Of a DNA stretch of 64,000 bases, positions 39,033-52,559 are shown piece by piece. The position numbers and the translations under genes are program-made. Under the pieces are notes generated by a model. It saw only the letters and a list, made by a program, of their open reading frames with translations, did no database searches and had not been told where the DNA came from. The stretch's first letter is position 1. Every line of letters starts with the position of its first letter. This stretch comes from Octopus sinensis (Eukaryota), in contig NC_042997.1 of NCBI RefSeq assembly GCF_006345805.1, forward strand, positions 46,562,001-46,626,000, given 5' to 3'.

Positions 39033-41871
39033 ATATATATATATACCTATATATATGTATGTATACAGACATGCACACACGCACACACACATACACTCAC
39101 ATATATATATATATGACACATATATAACATACCTATATATATATGTAACACACACGCATGCGCGCGTGTGTGTATACCTACCCGCGCATACGCATATTGC
39201 TGTGTGTTTGTGAGTCTGTGTAGTATTTCTGGTTGAAAACATTAGCATCATAATCATAAGCTATTCTTGCACAGTCGCAGACTAATTCCAATCACGAAAA
39301 CGTAGATTAGAATTCATCCTGTTCAACAAGAATAAACTGATTATCGGATCAAACAAATTTACCATTGTGTTACTAACCAGCATCGCTTATTACATCACAC
39401 AATACCACCAAGCTTGTCATTCCTGTATATATGCACGCAGCTATACATAAATCATTTTATCAAAGCATACATTTGACAAAGTGAATGATTCACGAAGACC
39501 AATAGGAAAAAACCTTCGAAATCTCGATATCATAAACATCTTGAGATACGAGAGAAAAATCATGCTACACATGTATCGGTCCCATCTGGGAGTTCAGCAT
39601 CTTCTCAGATCGAAGAACTGTAATAAGCTGGAACCAGTGTGAAAATTACGCTTCACACCATGCTACAGATACATACAGACACACACAAATACGACCATGC
39701 GCGAGCACACGCACACATACACACACATACACATAAATGCATACGCTCGTACGTTTTTACCGAAAGCGAAAAAGAAATGTTCTAATCTGTGTAGATTTTT
39801 TTCCCCCTTGAGGAAGACATAATTACAAAACTCTAATACGCCACTGAAAGAAACCAAGGTGGAAATCTGTATGTGCTGGAAATACCAGTCAAATTTCCTT
39901 CCAAATAATAACACATATTGTTAAACAAGGAATGGAATATCTAGAATGGGTTTTGGTCATAGGCTTGATGCAATCGGAAAGGACATTGCAGCCTATACGC
40001 GTTCAGAATTCCCTGCTAGAAACAGCCTCTATATTGATTTTAGATTTTACCACTCCATCTTTAAAATAAAGGGATACATTTTATTATGTTGTCAAGGATA
40101 AAGGGAATGATGAGGAAGTCATAGTCAAAATGCATTTGATCAGAGGTCCGTTTAGGCAACGCTGACCTTAGGATTAACAACAAGAACGACAATAACAACA
40201 ACAGAACAATGTAAGAATTTATATTCAATGTTTCAACCATTGCATTTAAAAAAAGATATTTTTATTTAATCGTTTGAGCTTCCATAATATATCTTCACCA
40301 ATGGAAGACGAAAACAATAAAATATACATCAATATATTACTCATACTACAAAATGAAAATACCCAAAGGCCACATTGCTCTGTGAGGTACGCTATTCTTT
40401 GCCATAAAATATCAAATATCATGCAGCAAACTATAGAATATGTTTTACGATTAACACTCACACACACACACAAATATAAACACGTTTATATATATATACA
40501 GTCACACACACACACACACACATACATTCGTTCACACACAGTCACACACATATATATATAAATACAGGCACAGACACACACGTTCGTTCGTCTGTGTGTG
40601 CAAACATATAATTAAACCACCGGAACTCTACTGTATTACCATCTGCCATTTATAAACATAAAACATTTTCACCAAAATGATTGCAGCAGTCATGAAATGT
40701 ATCGGAATTGTGAATATATTTTACGGGAGATAAAAAGTCTTAATAAAGTGAAAAATATTGTAAATTCAAACGAACGAATGGAGAAAGTGAAATTTTACAT
40801 CGTTTCAGTGCAGTTGATGTTGTTGATGTCTTTTTCTTTTTCTTCTTTTGTTTTCGTTTATGAGTCTGTTTAGCCCTAAGCTGGCACTGATCAAGGAAAC
40901 GTGTGATCAAATGCTTTGCTCAGCCTGGCTTGATCTCGGAGTAACATACACAAGAAACAGAAATACAGAAAAAAAGAAAAGAGGAACTGTAGCAATCTTA
41001 TCTTTCAGTTATATAATAAAAGTCACATTCTTTATCGCCACTTAAAATATGGCTATTCCGTAGGAACCAACGTTACTACTGTTTTTGACCCCAGGAGGAA
41101 TTTCCTCCAGCTGGTTTTCGTTGCAGTCTGCACCCGATACATATTGCAAGCAGGGGAGAGAACCCCTACCATCTTCTAGCGACGACGACAGGATCCCAAG
41201 ACACTACGGTTTTGAGCTATTTGTGCTCATCTTCGGTGGATGTTCAATGTAATCGTAAATATGTACATTTTTAAAACAGTAGTGCGTAATTTAAAGGAAT
41301 TTGACTGCTCATCGTAGCAAGAATTGTGACTATGTAAACAATCACTTGTTCACTAATTTCCGTTGTGTTGCCATTAGGACATCATGACTCGCTGAAAATG
41401 CTATAAATTCTTTCGTGAAAGAACGTATTTTTTAAAATCATAAAATACATCTCTTACTCTGGTTGATGATGCATAGAGTTATTTTAGTTGTAAGTTCAGT
41501 AGAGATTCCTGGTCTACATTATTAGAAAAGAAAATAATAAAACTGGTGATATATGTTTGTGTGTGTGTGTGTGTGTGTGTCTGTGTACTGTGAGTAAGGG
41601 AGATAATACTCCCCTGGATGGGAAGCATTAGCTCCCTTGCTCATAGTATACGTACACAGATTATGTGTCCGTAGCCAGCTGAAAAAGATGTTTTCCTGGA
41701 GCTAAACAGTAGTAACATCATCCTAAGCAGGACTGTCACTTTACATTAGCAAGTACACTTTACTATCCAGTACTGTTACTACATATTTCTCGCTCAGAGA
41801 TTTAAAACTAATTGTTTTTCTTTTTATATAAAAATAGCAAACCGTACACAATCATGGAAGTTAAATAAGGT

Positions 41872-42045
41872 GAACGGAAGCATGGCTTTGCAGTAAGAGG
41901 TTTGCTTCCAAGACACTCGGTTCTGGATACTGTCCCACTGCGTGGCACCTTGAGCAACAATCTTCTACAATATCTTCGTACAACCATTACCCTGTGAGGG
42001 AATTTGGTAGGCGGAGACTCAAAGAAGCCCGTCGTGTGTGTGTAT
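41872..42045 (+). mobile_element. SINE family 1, 5' half (3' half displaced to ~44200-44318)
   Basis: CATGGCTTTGCAGTAAG...TGTCCCACTGCGTGGCACCTTGAGCAA...GAAGCCCGTCGT, then the microsatellite holding the Tc1 insertion. Confidence 0.75.
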
Positions 42046-42054
42046 ATATATATA

Positions 42055-43772
42055 CACAGACATGAAGGAAGTAAATAAATATCTTTCATTTTCAAAATTT
42101 CTGATCTAAGTGACTTAATATGTTTTCAACAGTGTAGAAATTACAATGTAATTATTCTTTTTCATTCCAGATACCATTAAATATTTGGGAAGAGTAAGCA
42201 TGCCACGCACAAAAAAATTCAGCAGAACTGTCAAATTTTCAAACAGGTCGTATTGTTAGGCAATTTGAGGCTGGTCTTAGCCAGTGAAAAATTACCGAAA
42301 ATCTTCAAATTCCTCTTGCCACTGTTAATACAATTATAGTGCAATTGCCAAGGAAAAGCATCAAAAAATTCTTGCCCTGGCCAACATAGGCCCTCGGAAA
42401 GGAAGCTTCGCTGTTTAAAGAGAATTGTGGAAAACAAACCCCGTTCGAAGGATTCTGACAGTGCAAAACAGCTAGAAGTTAGTCCACGAACGTGTGTTAC
42501 ATATCTGCATATGCTTGGATATTATGGACGAGTAGCTAGAAGAAAACCTCTCCTTCAACCAATTAATATCATGAAAAGAAAGAAATGGGCTAAGGAGATG
42601 TTAGAAAAATCCATTTCATTTTGGGATAGAGTGATTTTATAATAAATACAATAATAATGAAATTATTGTATACAGTGCTCAGGTGCACCACAACTTGTCA
42701 GACAGTGCATATAAAGCACATGCAGTAGTGTACAAATGTCTCGAAAGCGAACAATGCATGAGTCAGGTACATGCTTCTGTGTGTATGGAGGGGAGAAAAT
42801 CAAGTGTAGTGTTGGCGAATCTCAGGAAGCATGGAAGTTTTGAAGGATGCAGTGCTCCGACAACTAACAACTGATGCCGGCAGTTTGTTCCATACTTCAG
42901 CAACTCTCAGCGTGAAAAATGTTTCCTGAAGTCATGAGAGCTGTGCTGTTTTCTGACTTTGTAAACATGTCCACGGGTGTTAGATGGGTGGAGTCTGAAA
43001 AGATGCTCAGAGTTATTGTTTGTGCGATGGTTGATAATTTTATGGGTGTCTGCCAAGTCAGCTGTCAGATGTCGGAGTTTCAATGTGTCCATGCCCAGGG
43101 AAGTAAGCATTCAGAATGAGTCCAGATTTGCATTATTTTCAGACAGTGGGCGTGTTTGGGTCTGGAGGATTCCCAATCTAGAATTTGATTTGAAACGACT
43201 CCAACCAATTGTGAAACATAGCGGTATCTCTGTGAGCTGTCACCAGCAATAGTCGTTCTGAGCTGATCGAATATGTTGGAATCATAAACTCTGAAATATA
43301 CATCGAAATACTTAAGCAAGGACTACTTCCGATGTATTCACACGATAACATAAAGAAAAATAATTTTTTATTCATGGAAGATGAGGCTCCATGCCACACA
43401 GGGAAAAGGAATCAACAATGGCTGTCTGAAAATGGGATCAATGAGATTGGCAGAGCTAATCTCTTGACATGAACCCAATTGAAAATCTTTGGAGCATACT
43501 AGATGGAGATATACGAAAACCTCGACAGAAATCTAAATCAAAAGATGAATTGTTTCGATTGTTGCGTGAAAAGTGGGCAGAAATTCCACACGAGACAACC
43601 ACAAAGCTCATCAGTTCGATGCCAAAAAGAGTTTCTGAATTAAAAACTGCAAAGAGAATGTCAACTAAATACTAAAGTATGTAGTCCTACATATCGATTA
43701 CATCACAATTGTTCGCTTTGCGTATTAAATAAAAGATTTTGAAAGATAATGGTCTTTACTTCCTTCATGTTG
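42055..43772 (+). mobile_element. Tc1-like DNA transposon with pseudogenised DDE transposase
   Basis: TIRs ACATGAAGGAAGTAAA....TATCTTTC at both ends within TA. Transposase pieces YGRVARRKPLL, FWDRVI/ESRF, FMEDEAPCHT, DMNPIENLW, LISSMPKRV...KY. Confidence 0.92.
42640..43109 (-). mobile_element. CR1-type LINE 3' fragment inserted in the Tc1 transposase
   Basis: Splits the RVI|xxESRF motif region; encodes [17 protein letters not shown]...[24 protein letters not shown]. Confidence 0.8.
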
Positions 43773-43789
43773 TATATATATATATATAA

Positions 43790-44130
43790 GCATCAAAATA
43801 AGCAACAAGGATATCCAAGGTAGTTTTTCTGTCTATATATCTACCCTCTTTGTAATGTTGGCAAATGGAATAAGTATAAAAATGAACATTGTCTATTTAA
43901 TTAAAAAATTCTATATGTGGCTGAAGAGTGCTCTACATTTTAAAACTGATGTAATGCTTACACTTTTTAATTAAATGAAGTAGCATGAAACGATTGTACT
44001 ACACTACCTTGGATATATTTGTTGCTTATTTTGATTATAATCACCCCATTTGATTTATATGGATAATATCATACCAAATTCTGGTCCCTTTAACTTAAGT
44101 ACCACATTCATCTGAATCTAAATTTTGCTG
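43790..44130. mobile_element. Family A hammerhead element with a shortened left arm
   Basis: ATCAAAATAAGCAACAAGGATATCCAAGGTAGT versus ACTACCTTGGATATATTTGTTGCTTATTTTGAT, followed by the shared tail ATCACCCC...AAGTACCACATTC. Confidence 0.8.
43916..44003 (+). ncRNA. Type I hammerhead with extended stem II
   Basis: TGTGG-CTGAAGA-GTGCT...(TGTAA-TGC-TTACA)...AGCAT-GAA-ACGATTGT-A/CTACA. Confidence 0.83.
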
Positions 44131-45441
44131 AATATATATATATACATGTATATATGTGTGTGTACATATGCCTATGTGTGTGCATGTGTGTGCGCATGTT
44201 TGTGTTTGCGTTGTCCCTCATCACCGCTTGGTAACCGGTGCTGGTTTGTTTATGTCTCCGTAACTTAACATTTCAGCAAAAGTGACCAATACAATTAGTA
44301 TGAACCTCAAAAGATAAGCATTTCACCCTTCTTATCTGAGTGATTGACTTTAGCAATTTGAAGATCTTCAATATGCTGTCTGTATTTGTGTAGTTTACCA
44401 TCTATATACGTTATATTATTACATGTGCAATTCTATGCAAGGGTATCTATATGAGTGTGTTTATGAGGATGGGGGTCTGAATATTTGTGATTGTGAGCAC
44501 AACATGCATATTACATATGTACATAATATATCGTACTTTATGGATTTGGTACTCACCTTGAAGTACTTTTCTTTGCATACTTGTACTTCTGGTAAAATGG
44601 CGATATTAGTTTCCACTATCTGCATTGAGTAGTTTCGTGAGAACTCTGACTACATCAACAGATGTAGCTCCGTGTTTCTGAGGCGTGTACAGCGTTGAAG
44701 CTTTGTGAGGTTATAGGATGGTGCACGTATGCTATTTAGGTTTTACTTTGCTTTCGAGTATTGTTTTGTTGCTTATGATGGTTCTTATCTCGTTTATCGT
44801 GTAGAGCATTGCTTTATAAATAATCATATATCAGTTGATAATAATTGAATCGGGTTTGCAGAATACGATTTGCATGAAGTAAGTTATTGAATGGAGCGAG
44901 TAGAGTATATGGTGAATGGTTTGTGTTATTGTATTTGTAGAAACCGTGCGAAATATGTTATATGAGTAGTATAGAAAATTCACTGCGCGAGTTTGTCTAG
45001 TATAGAACGAAATTGCATAGTATAGAATATGGGCTGTGTCAAGCAGGGTTAGATTTTGTGTGTAAATTTGAATGCTCTGTTAAAGCCTATGTATTTTTGT
45101 TTATTTTGTTCATTATCATATATAGTGACCGCATTACTATCGATTTCATACACAAAAGTGCTTATTTCAATAAAGGAAGAAAATAAGCCTCATATAAAAG
45201 TAAATTGAGAGCCAAATACACAAACTAATTTCAGAAGTTTTAATCACACATTGAAAGATATATTGATGAAAAAAGCCCTGAAAAAAAACCCTGTACAGTC
45301 AAGAAATAAAACCCAACATACAATCAAGGTTTAAATAAGTCTTCGAAGAGCAGAAATTTTAAACATGTTGTGAACGTAAAACACTTATATGCACCTAGCT
45401 TAAGAGAAACAATTGAAGTAAATAACCACACACACACCATA

Positions 45442-45492
<51 letters not shown>

Positions 45493-46344
45493 ATCCAGAC
45501 TTAAACCCACACATGCAGACACACTAACAAATCAAACTATAGTAGACTTACAAAAGCTAACAAGATGAACTTTAGAGCAGAAAATTCTAAGAATGAAAAT
45601 TCTGAATATAACAATAATCTAAAGGTTGATATATGTCAAATAATTAAAATCGATCGAAGATTTTCTCATAGACTAACAGGAGATTCTTGCAAAGATAACA
45701 CTCGTACGAGAAAGTAGCGACTACAATGAAAATGCAAACTTAACTACCACAGACATAATGAAAACAGATGTGAACATCAATAGTATCAAAATGACCTACA
45801 TAATATATGCGGCAACTACAGTTGTTACAAAGGGAAGTGGGTACGTTTTCAGATCTTTATATATAAGAATATCAAAAGCCAAATAAAGAAGTTGAAAAAC
45901 AAGCCGACAGAAAAGCATATACAAAATATGAATAATCTATTAGTCTTTAATGAAATTAATAAGAGAAAAAATAATGGGTGATAACGCTACTAAAACATGA
46001 CAGAAAGAAAACGAAAACTGAGAAATCAAAGTGTGGCTGTGATAGAAGTTAACGTTTTAATTTCTATTAATCCTTCATTGTGGAAAGCGACAAAGTTATT
46101 TGAACGAAATGACAAATTCGAGGCCAACACCAAATGATTTTAACAAGTCGAATATCTAAATAATTGTGAGAGATAACCCAAACTCAAGAATTATTCGAGA
46201 CATTGCAATAATTGAAAAACTGGAACGCACCCAAAGTGATAAATTTCTCCTGCTTCAGATGGAAATATTCGTCAGGTACAGGGCAGTGAACTGGAAAAAT
46301 CTTTACTACACCTGTCAAAATGCTTGGCATCATTTCATCCGTCT

Positions 46345-46500
46345 ACACGTTCTGAGTTCAAATTCCGCCGAAGTCGACGTTGCCCTTCATCATTTCGGGT
46401 TCGATAGGATAAATACCAGATGAGTACTGGGGTCGATTTAATCAATTTATTCTTCCCCCAAAATTGTTGATCTTTTTCCAGGATTTGAAACCAATATCGA
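46345..46500 (+). mobile_element. SINE family 2 fragment
   Basis: CGTTCTGAGTTCAAATTCCGCCGAAGTCGAC...TGGGGTCGAT, the reverse complement of 54865-55010. Confidence 0.75.
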
Positions 46501-47310
46501 TGAGACACACATATTCCAGGCAAAAATATTTAATACCTTACTAGAAGAGTTAGAAACAACATATGGTGCAAGGACAATCAATCATTTTTTAAATTGATAT
46601 TAGATTCACTCTTTATAATTAAAGCAGCTCCTATACGGACACGTTACATTAGCGATGCATTATCAAAGCGGAATGACAACCACATTACAGTAAGGTATAC
46701 ATAACATGACTATAATCAACTCTCTCTCTATATATACGATGAGAAATATTCCAAGGTGAAGTGTGATGTAGTTAGCGTAAAGCAAAATAATATATAATGT
46801 AGACAGTGAACTTCTTACAATGAGAAAGTAAAGTTAAGTAACTTTTATATTTCAGGTACAAAGGCTTAAAAATATGTAAGTTTACGTGGATCCTGCAATG
46901 TTGATTGCCGTATGCGCAGCGATCCTGCTTTGTCTGTGTAGCGGTGGTTGTGGAAACGGACTAATGTAATAGCAGCAGCAGTTCTCCTAAAATGGTGAAG
47001 TCATTACCAAGAATTTGCATAATAAAACAAACCTGTTACAATGCTAAGAGCAAATCATAAGTACTTTCATCTATTTAACTTAAAACCGTTTACAAGACAA
47101 GACTTTCGAAAAAAACCCGCCTAGAATCGTAGAAACACACAGACAGAAGGAACGCAGCTCCGATAACGGACAGAGTCAGTATCCATTGACAAGGTCGCAA
47201 AAGCAACGAGAAATTCTGGACAGATGAAATATAAATAACAAATGTGAAGAAATTGAACCGGTGAGCATGCTAGATATTAAGTCAGTATAACTGTCCCCCA
47301 GACACAGCAT

Positions 47311-47373
<63 letters not shown>

Positions 47374-47620
47374 ACATAATAAGAATAATATTAGAGAGTA
47401 TAACTCCAAACTTACTGGGAAAAATTCAATTTAGTATTATATCAAATTTCACAATATAAATATATAATATATATAAATTGGAGAAAAAACACTATTATGT
47501 AATTCAAACAATGATATACATAAACCATAACATATAGAAAAAATTAAATATATGATAAAATATATATCTAGATCACAAAAAGTACATAATAATAAATAAA
47601 CAGTATATAATAAGTAAAAA

Positions 47621-47722
47621 GACTACGTACGTTTCGTGGCTATAACTTCAATTTGAATTACAATTAAACTTAAACTTAATCCCAAAACAATTCAATTTAA
47701 AGGTATAGTCACTCCTCAGGTC
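47621..47722 (-). ncRNA. Type I hammerhead with long stem II
   Basis: GAC-CTGAGGA-GTGACTATA...TATAGCCAC-GAA-ACGTACGT-A/GTC; stem II 8 of 9 paired, with further TTGAATT/AATTCAA pairing inside. Confidence 0.83.
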
Positions 47723-47784
47723 AACAATAATAGTTAAATAAATACATATTTTCAATAAATAATCAAATAGAATAAAACAATATT

Positions 47785-48480
47785 TTCTCGCACCTGCGGA
47801 ATTGATGTTTGCTCAAAAAGTAAAGTCAATTTTCGACAAGCTGCTACCAGTAAGGAAAACAAATTGGAAAAACACTAAAAATACGATAAGATTTTAAAAA
47901 AATATTGGTGACAAGGTGTTTTTCAAAATATATAAAAATGGAAGACAAGGTTGGGAAGACGGGTTAGTAACAAAAAGAATAGGCTAAATGGCTTATATGA
48001 TAAGAGGAAAAAATGGGAACACAAAAAGCATTTATACCAGCTAAAAAATTGATATAGGGAGAAAGAAAAGAGATATCCATGGATGTGTTTCCGGACACAT
48101 TTGGTGTTCCAGCGCCACGAGAAATCGAACCTGGTTGCAGCAGCACAAGAAAGAGGAAACAAACAGAACGGTTGAAAGTAGTGCCAAAACGGATTAAATA
48201 TTAAACTTACTTAGGAGGAAGATCACTAAAAGGGAGATGTGATGAAAGCGAATTAAATAAATAAAAATATGAACTTCCAACGGAAGGGGGAGAAGTTGTG
48301 GCGAGAGTCATTGACACCCCTGTGGGATTGGAAGAATGGACTAGCCGGACTCTTATAAACAGTAGTGGTCGGCAGTAGTCAGAGAACGTTTTGGTAGTCT
48401 CGCAAAGTACGTCGTGTGAACACATTGATTAAACCGCCATTGTATAATTTATCTATACCCACCTGTAGCAGGATATAAAA
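47785..48480 (+). mobile_element. Gypsy-type LTR retrotransposon 3' remnant (integrase C-terminus, PPT, start of LTR)
   Basis: Frameshifted PAELMFAQKVKSIFDKLLP...GDKVFFK...WEDG...KRIG; AAAAGGGAGA polypurine tract then TG at ~48238. The right boundary is approximate. Confidence 0.7.
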
Positions 48481-48580
48481 GAGATGTGAAAGTCGTTTTC
48501 ACTATTCTCGAGCGTCAAACTGATACACTTGCTTGTTTTTCATACACCTGTCTTTATCTTTTGTTTTCTATAAATTCCGA

Positions 48581-48617
<37 letters not shown>

Positions 48618-48829
48618 CACACACACACTTATATATATATATGCGTATATATATATGTAAATAAGTTATACATAAATTTTGTCTATATATATGTACATAA
48701 ATTTACTTTGCTTTCACTCTCTCTCTCTCTCTGAAACAATGTAATGTCCTGCCACAAATAGTTCGGAGGCCAATAAAATATGTGTATACAATGAACCAAT
48801 CGCATACAGTTAATGAGCAAACTTCAAGG

Positions 48830-49862
48830 TGACACGTGCTCTGTGTGTATATGTTCTTTCTCGTTGACCATGGAAGACAAGGACTCAGTGAACTGCACTT
48901 TCGGCAGAGTGACAATGCTACGCTTGCAAGGGAAAATATGTTTACGGCTGATGATGTGGGTATTCAGCAATAAAAAAGTTGTCTAATGAATTGAAAAATG
49001 GACATATCGATGCTTTGGACAAATATCGATCAGGAAGACAACCTGTTCTCAATAACGATGCAGTGAAAGCCTGGGAGACTTATACTGGAAGCTTAATAAA
49101 CCTTGTTCCACTGTGCAAGATCATCTCAGGCAGATTAGAAAAGCATATAGGTTAAAGCAGTGAATACCTCACGAGTTGTCTCCCCGAAAATAAAGCTGTG
49201 TGTTCAACAATTTACGAATCGGGAATGAACAAACACCTTTGCTTTTCATTCAGGTACAACGCTTATGAGAAATGGATAATTCATATTGATGATGAATGTA
49301 AGAAACAGTGGCTTTTGCCATATTTGCTTCTAAAGAACATCTTTTTCAGTCTGCTTACTGAAATACGATAGGTATTGTTCACTTCGAATTATTGGAAAAA
49401 CATCATCGCAGAATTTATCATCAACAAGTTGAACGTATCAATCAAGTTCTGCTGTAAAAACGATCAGCACTTGTCATCAGACACGAATTCATCCCGCAAC
49501 ATGGTAATTAATGCAATTCCACAAATTAACCCAAGAAAATATAAATCTATTAGCCAAGAAAGCTCTGCCTCAGCTTCCCTACTCACCAGATCCTTCAGCA
49601 GCACATTCCCTCTTATTCACGTCCCTTGTGGAGAAAATACCAAACGGCACTTCAAATATCTTTCCTTTCAAAAGAACCTGACTTCTGATGCGAGGTATTA
49701 GAAAACCGGTTTCGATGTGGGGAAAATGCTATTAAGAACGATAGCGATTATATATATTGAATGATAAAATACATTTACTATACCTTTTGTACTCAATTTG
49801 AACTTATTAAGTTATTAACTTATTAAACGAACTGCATTAATACTTTTCTGTATCACTAATAT
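48830..49862 (+). pseudogene. Decayed mariner transposase remnant
   Basis: Fragments resembling RSGRP, WIPHEL (TGAATACCTCACGAGTTG), EKWI and LPQLPYSPDPS (cf. PYSPDLAP), across many frameshifts. Confidence 0.75.
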
Positions 49863-50976
49863 TAGTCAAGGTCGAACTGTAACAAAATATAGGATAAAAA
49901 TTAAAAAATGAAATGGTAAGAAAGAACTCCCTGATAAGACTAGAGGGTATGTAATTGGAAGTGACAGGCAACACTGGCTTAAATACTATGAACGAAAACG
50001 GAAGCGAAAGGTTTCATTTTTAGGTGGATGAAATCACAGAAAATGCCAACTATGCAGTCAGTTCAGTGAGTTAAAGGCAACAGCATTTCTGACTGCTTAC
50101 TTCTTATAAAGTTAGGATATATACGTACACACAAAAATGTATTTGACTTGAAAATTGAGACGTGGTGTAAACCTGCACCAAACGCATATATAAAGCCGGC
50201 CTGACTGAAATAATCTCAGTTATGTTGATTCAGACTAGCAAGAAGATCAACACAAAACTTTCTATGAATGATGGTTGCGTGATGCTTTGTACTTATGGAT
50301 GACATTTAAAATAGTGCTGTCTAAAACATCACCTGTAAGGAAGACAGAATTTTGATAAAAGTGCAAACATTTAGAAATTGAAATGTGAAGGATGTAGAGT
50401 ATAAAAGTAAAATAGCATTGTCACACAAATAATTGCAATTTTAGATATAATGAAGAACACGAACAAAAACATATGCAAAGGCTCCCCCTAAACTTACATT
50501 TAGATATGCAATTCGAATGATATCTCTGCTAGACACAATCCACAACCTGTGCACGGCGCATTTAATTCAATGGTATAACACATTCACTATATTTTTTGTA
50601 TGACTCATACAAAACTACGGAATAATTACCCGAAAATTAACACCCCACTCAGCAGCTACTCTACACGATTACCGTTCAATAAAATAATGTGCATTATATT
50701 ACATTACCAACACTCAACACCATATCTGAAAAACCATACAACACATAGAGTTTACACAATACTCTTTACTCTTTTACTTGTTTCAATCATTTGACTGCAG
50801 CAATGCTGGAGCACCGCCTTTAGTTGAGCAAATCGACACCAGGACTTATTCTTTGTAAGCCTAGTACTTATTCTATCGGTCTCTTTTGCCGAACCGCTAC
50901 GTTACGGGGACGTAAACACACCACCATCAGTTGTCAAGCGATGTTGGGGGGACAAACACAGACACACAAACACACA

Positions 50977-51020
<44 letters not shown>

Positions 51021-51021
51021 G

Positions 51022-51063
<42 letters not shown>

Positions 51064-51124
51064 TACGACAGGCTTCTTTCAGTTTCCGCAACCCCGGGAT
51101 CCCTCGGAGAGCAACCATTGTTGC

Positions 51125-51789
51125 TCACCTTCTTCTTTTTCTCCCCTTTTTTCGGGGGAGGTCACTCTCTCCTCCACATATCTCTCCTTCCGGAGGATGA
51201 GAGGGAGGGGGTTCTTCCACAACTAACTGCTCGAGGACCCTGCTCTGGTTCTTGTGACAGTTCTTAATGTGGCCAGGCTCCAGGCACTGATGACGCTTGG
51301 GTGGGGGTAGGGAGCGTCCCTCAAGCATCACCGGATACCTGGGCCCGGCCATCCTCAAAAAATTTGGGAACACCAGATCATCGGCTGATTGGGACCACAG
51401 GGTCAAAACATCTTTTGACCCCACCCAATCAGCCGCAGACATCATTTTAACATTCAAGAGCTTGGCTCCGCTACTAGCCAGACCCCGGCGGATAGTATCC
51501 TCTAGCCACTCGGGCTCTATTCCGGGTGGCAGCCCGCACACCCAAGCTCTTGTCAATATCCTGCCACAATATGTTAGCAGAAAGAGAATTTTCTCCCCTT
51601 CCAGGGGCTGGCTTGGAAAATTGCGAGCCTCCTCAGGGGTATCAAATAGCAACCACACTGTTGCATATTTGACACCCCTTGCAATAAACTTATGGTTGGC
51701 AGGTATTCTGCCAACTCATCAATCGAGTCATGGCCACCAAAACAATTCTCACAGCTAAGTGAGTCAGTCGGCGCGACCGCAGCAGACAA
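51125..51789 (-). pseudogene. LINE ORF1 (gag-like) fragment with RRM-like segments and a decayed CCHC knuckle
   Basis: RGVKYATVWLLFDTPEEAR (RNP1-like), AWVCGLPPGIEPEWLEDTI (RNP2-like), HQCLEPGHIKNC, basic tail; probable frameshift near 51695. Confidence 0.65.
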
Positions 51790-51935
51790 ATGTCTAGGAC
51801 CCAGTGAGAATTTCTTATTCGAGAAAAAAAAACAAAATCAAAAAATAAAAAGTCCCCATCGAATCCCTAAAGAGACAGTTGCTTACCTTGCAGTCGCACC
51901 TTCAACGGTTCTTTAATTCAAGACGGCTTCCAAGC

Positions 51936-51970
51936 ACGTCTTCACAGTGTTCACTCTCGTAAGTGACTGA
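51936..51970 (-). promoter_or_regulatory. Inr + DPE internal Pol II core promoter
   Basis: TCAGTC with A+1 at 51968, G at +24 (51945) and AGACG at exactly +28 to +32 (51941-51937). Confidence 0.75.
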
Positions 51971-52559
51971 CAAACTCACGCATGCGTTAGCGAGGAATGC
52001 GGTAAGCAAGCTACTTACCACACAGCCACCCCTGCGCCTATAAAACTCTATAAAACTTCCTGCAGTAAAATAACTCAATAACACTATTCATACATCACAT
52101 ACTCGGTAAGATCGCTGCATACTCTGAAATATATATCACAACTACATAACATACAATCATTACAATAGAAATAACATTTGCAATTAACGCCAAACACAAT
52201 GCAATCTATATAGAATATATTGCACATATGGACAAAACTCTAAATATTAAAATCAACAATCTCCATATTAAATTAAAACAGAAATTTGCATACATACACA
52301 GTTCAAAATTATTTAAAAACAGTGCTACATTTACCTTTTTTTATATTTCTAACTTTATTTCCCATTTGTGTTCATGCATTGTATTGCCGCCATTTAGAAA
52401 GATAGCGGAATTGACATTATGAACGGAATGTCAGGTAATTCAGGAAAGAGAAAAACAAAAGCACACAAATTAACAATATTGAAAACAAAGAAACGGTTAA
52501 CAAAATAGACGCAAAAGTACTTGTCATTTGGATCAGATTATAATGCGGATTGTGGACAT

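Larger units (their letters stand above)
50761..52040 (-). mobile_element. SINE family 1 copy interrupted by a ~0.9-kb LINE 5' fragment
   Basis: SINE tail and body 50761-51088, SINE head ~52003-52040; about 110 bp of SINE is missing at the insertion. Confidence 0.85.

Noticed and set aside
46857-46960. TTTCAG acceptor followed by short peptide-like frames
   Set aside because: All frames stop quickly and no partner exon was identified.
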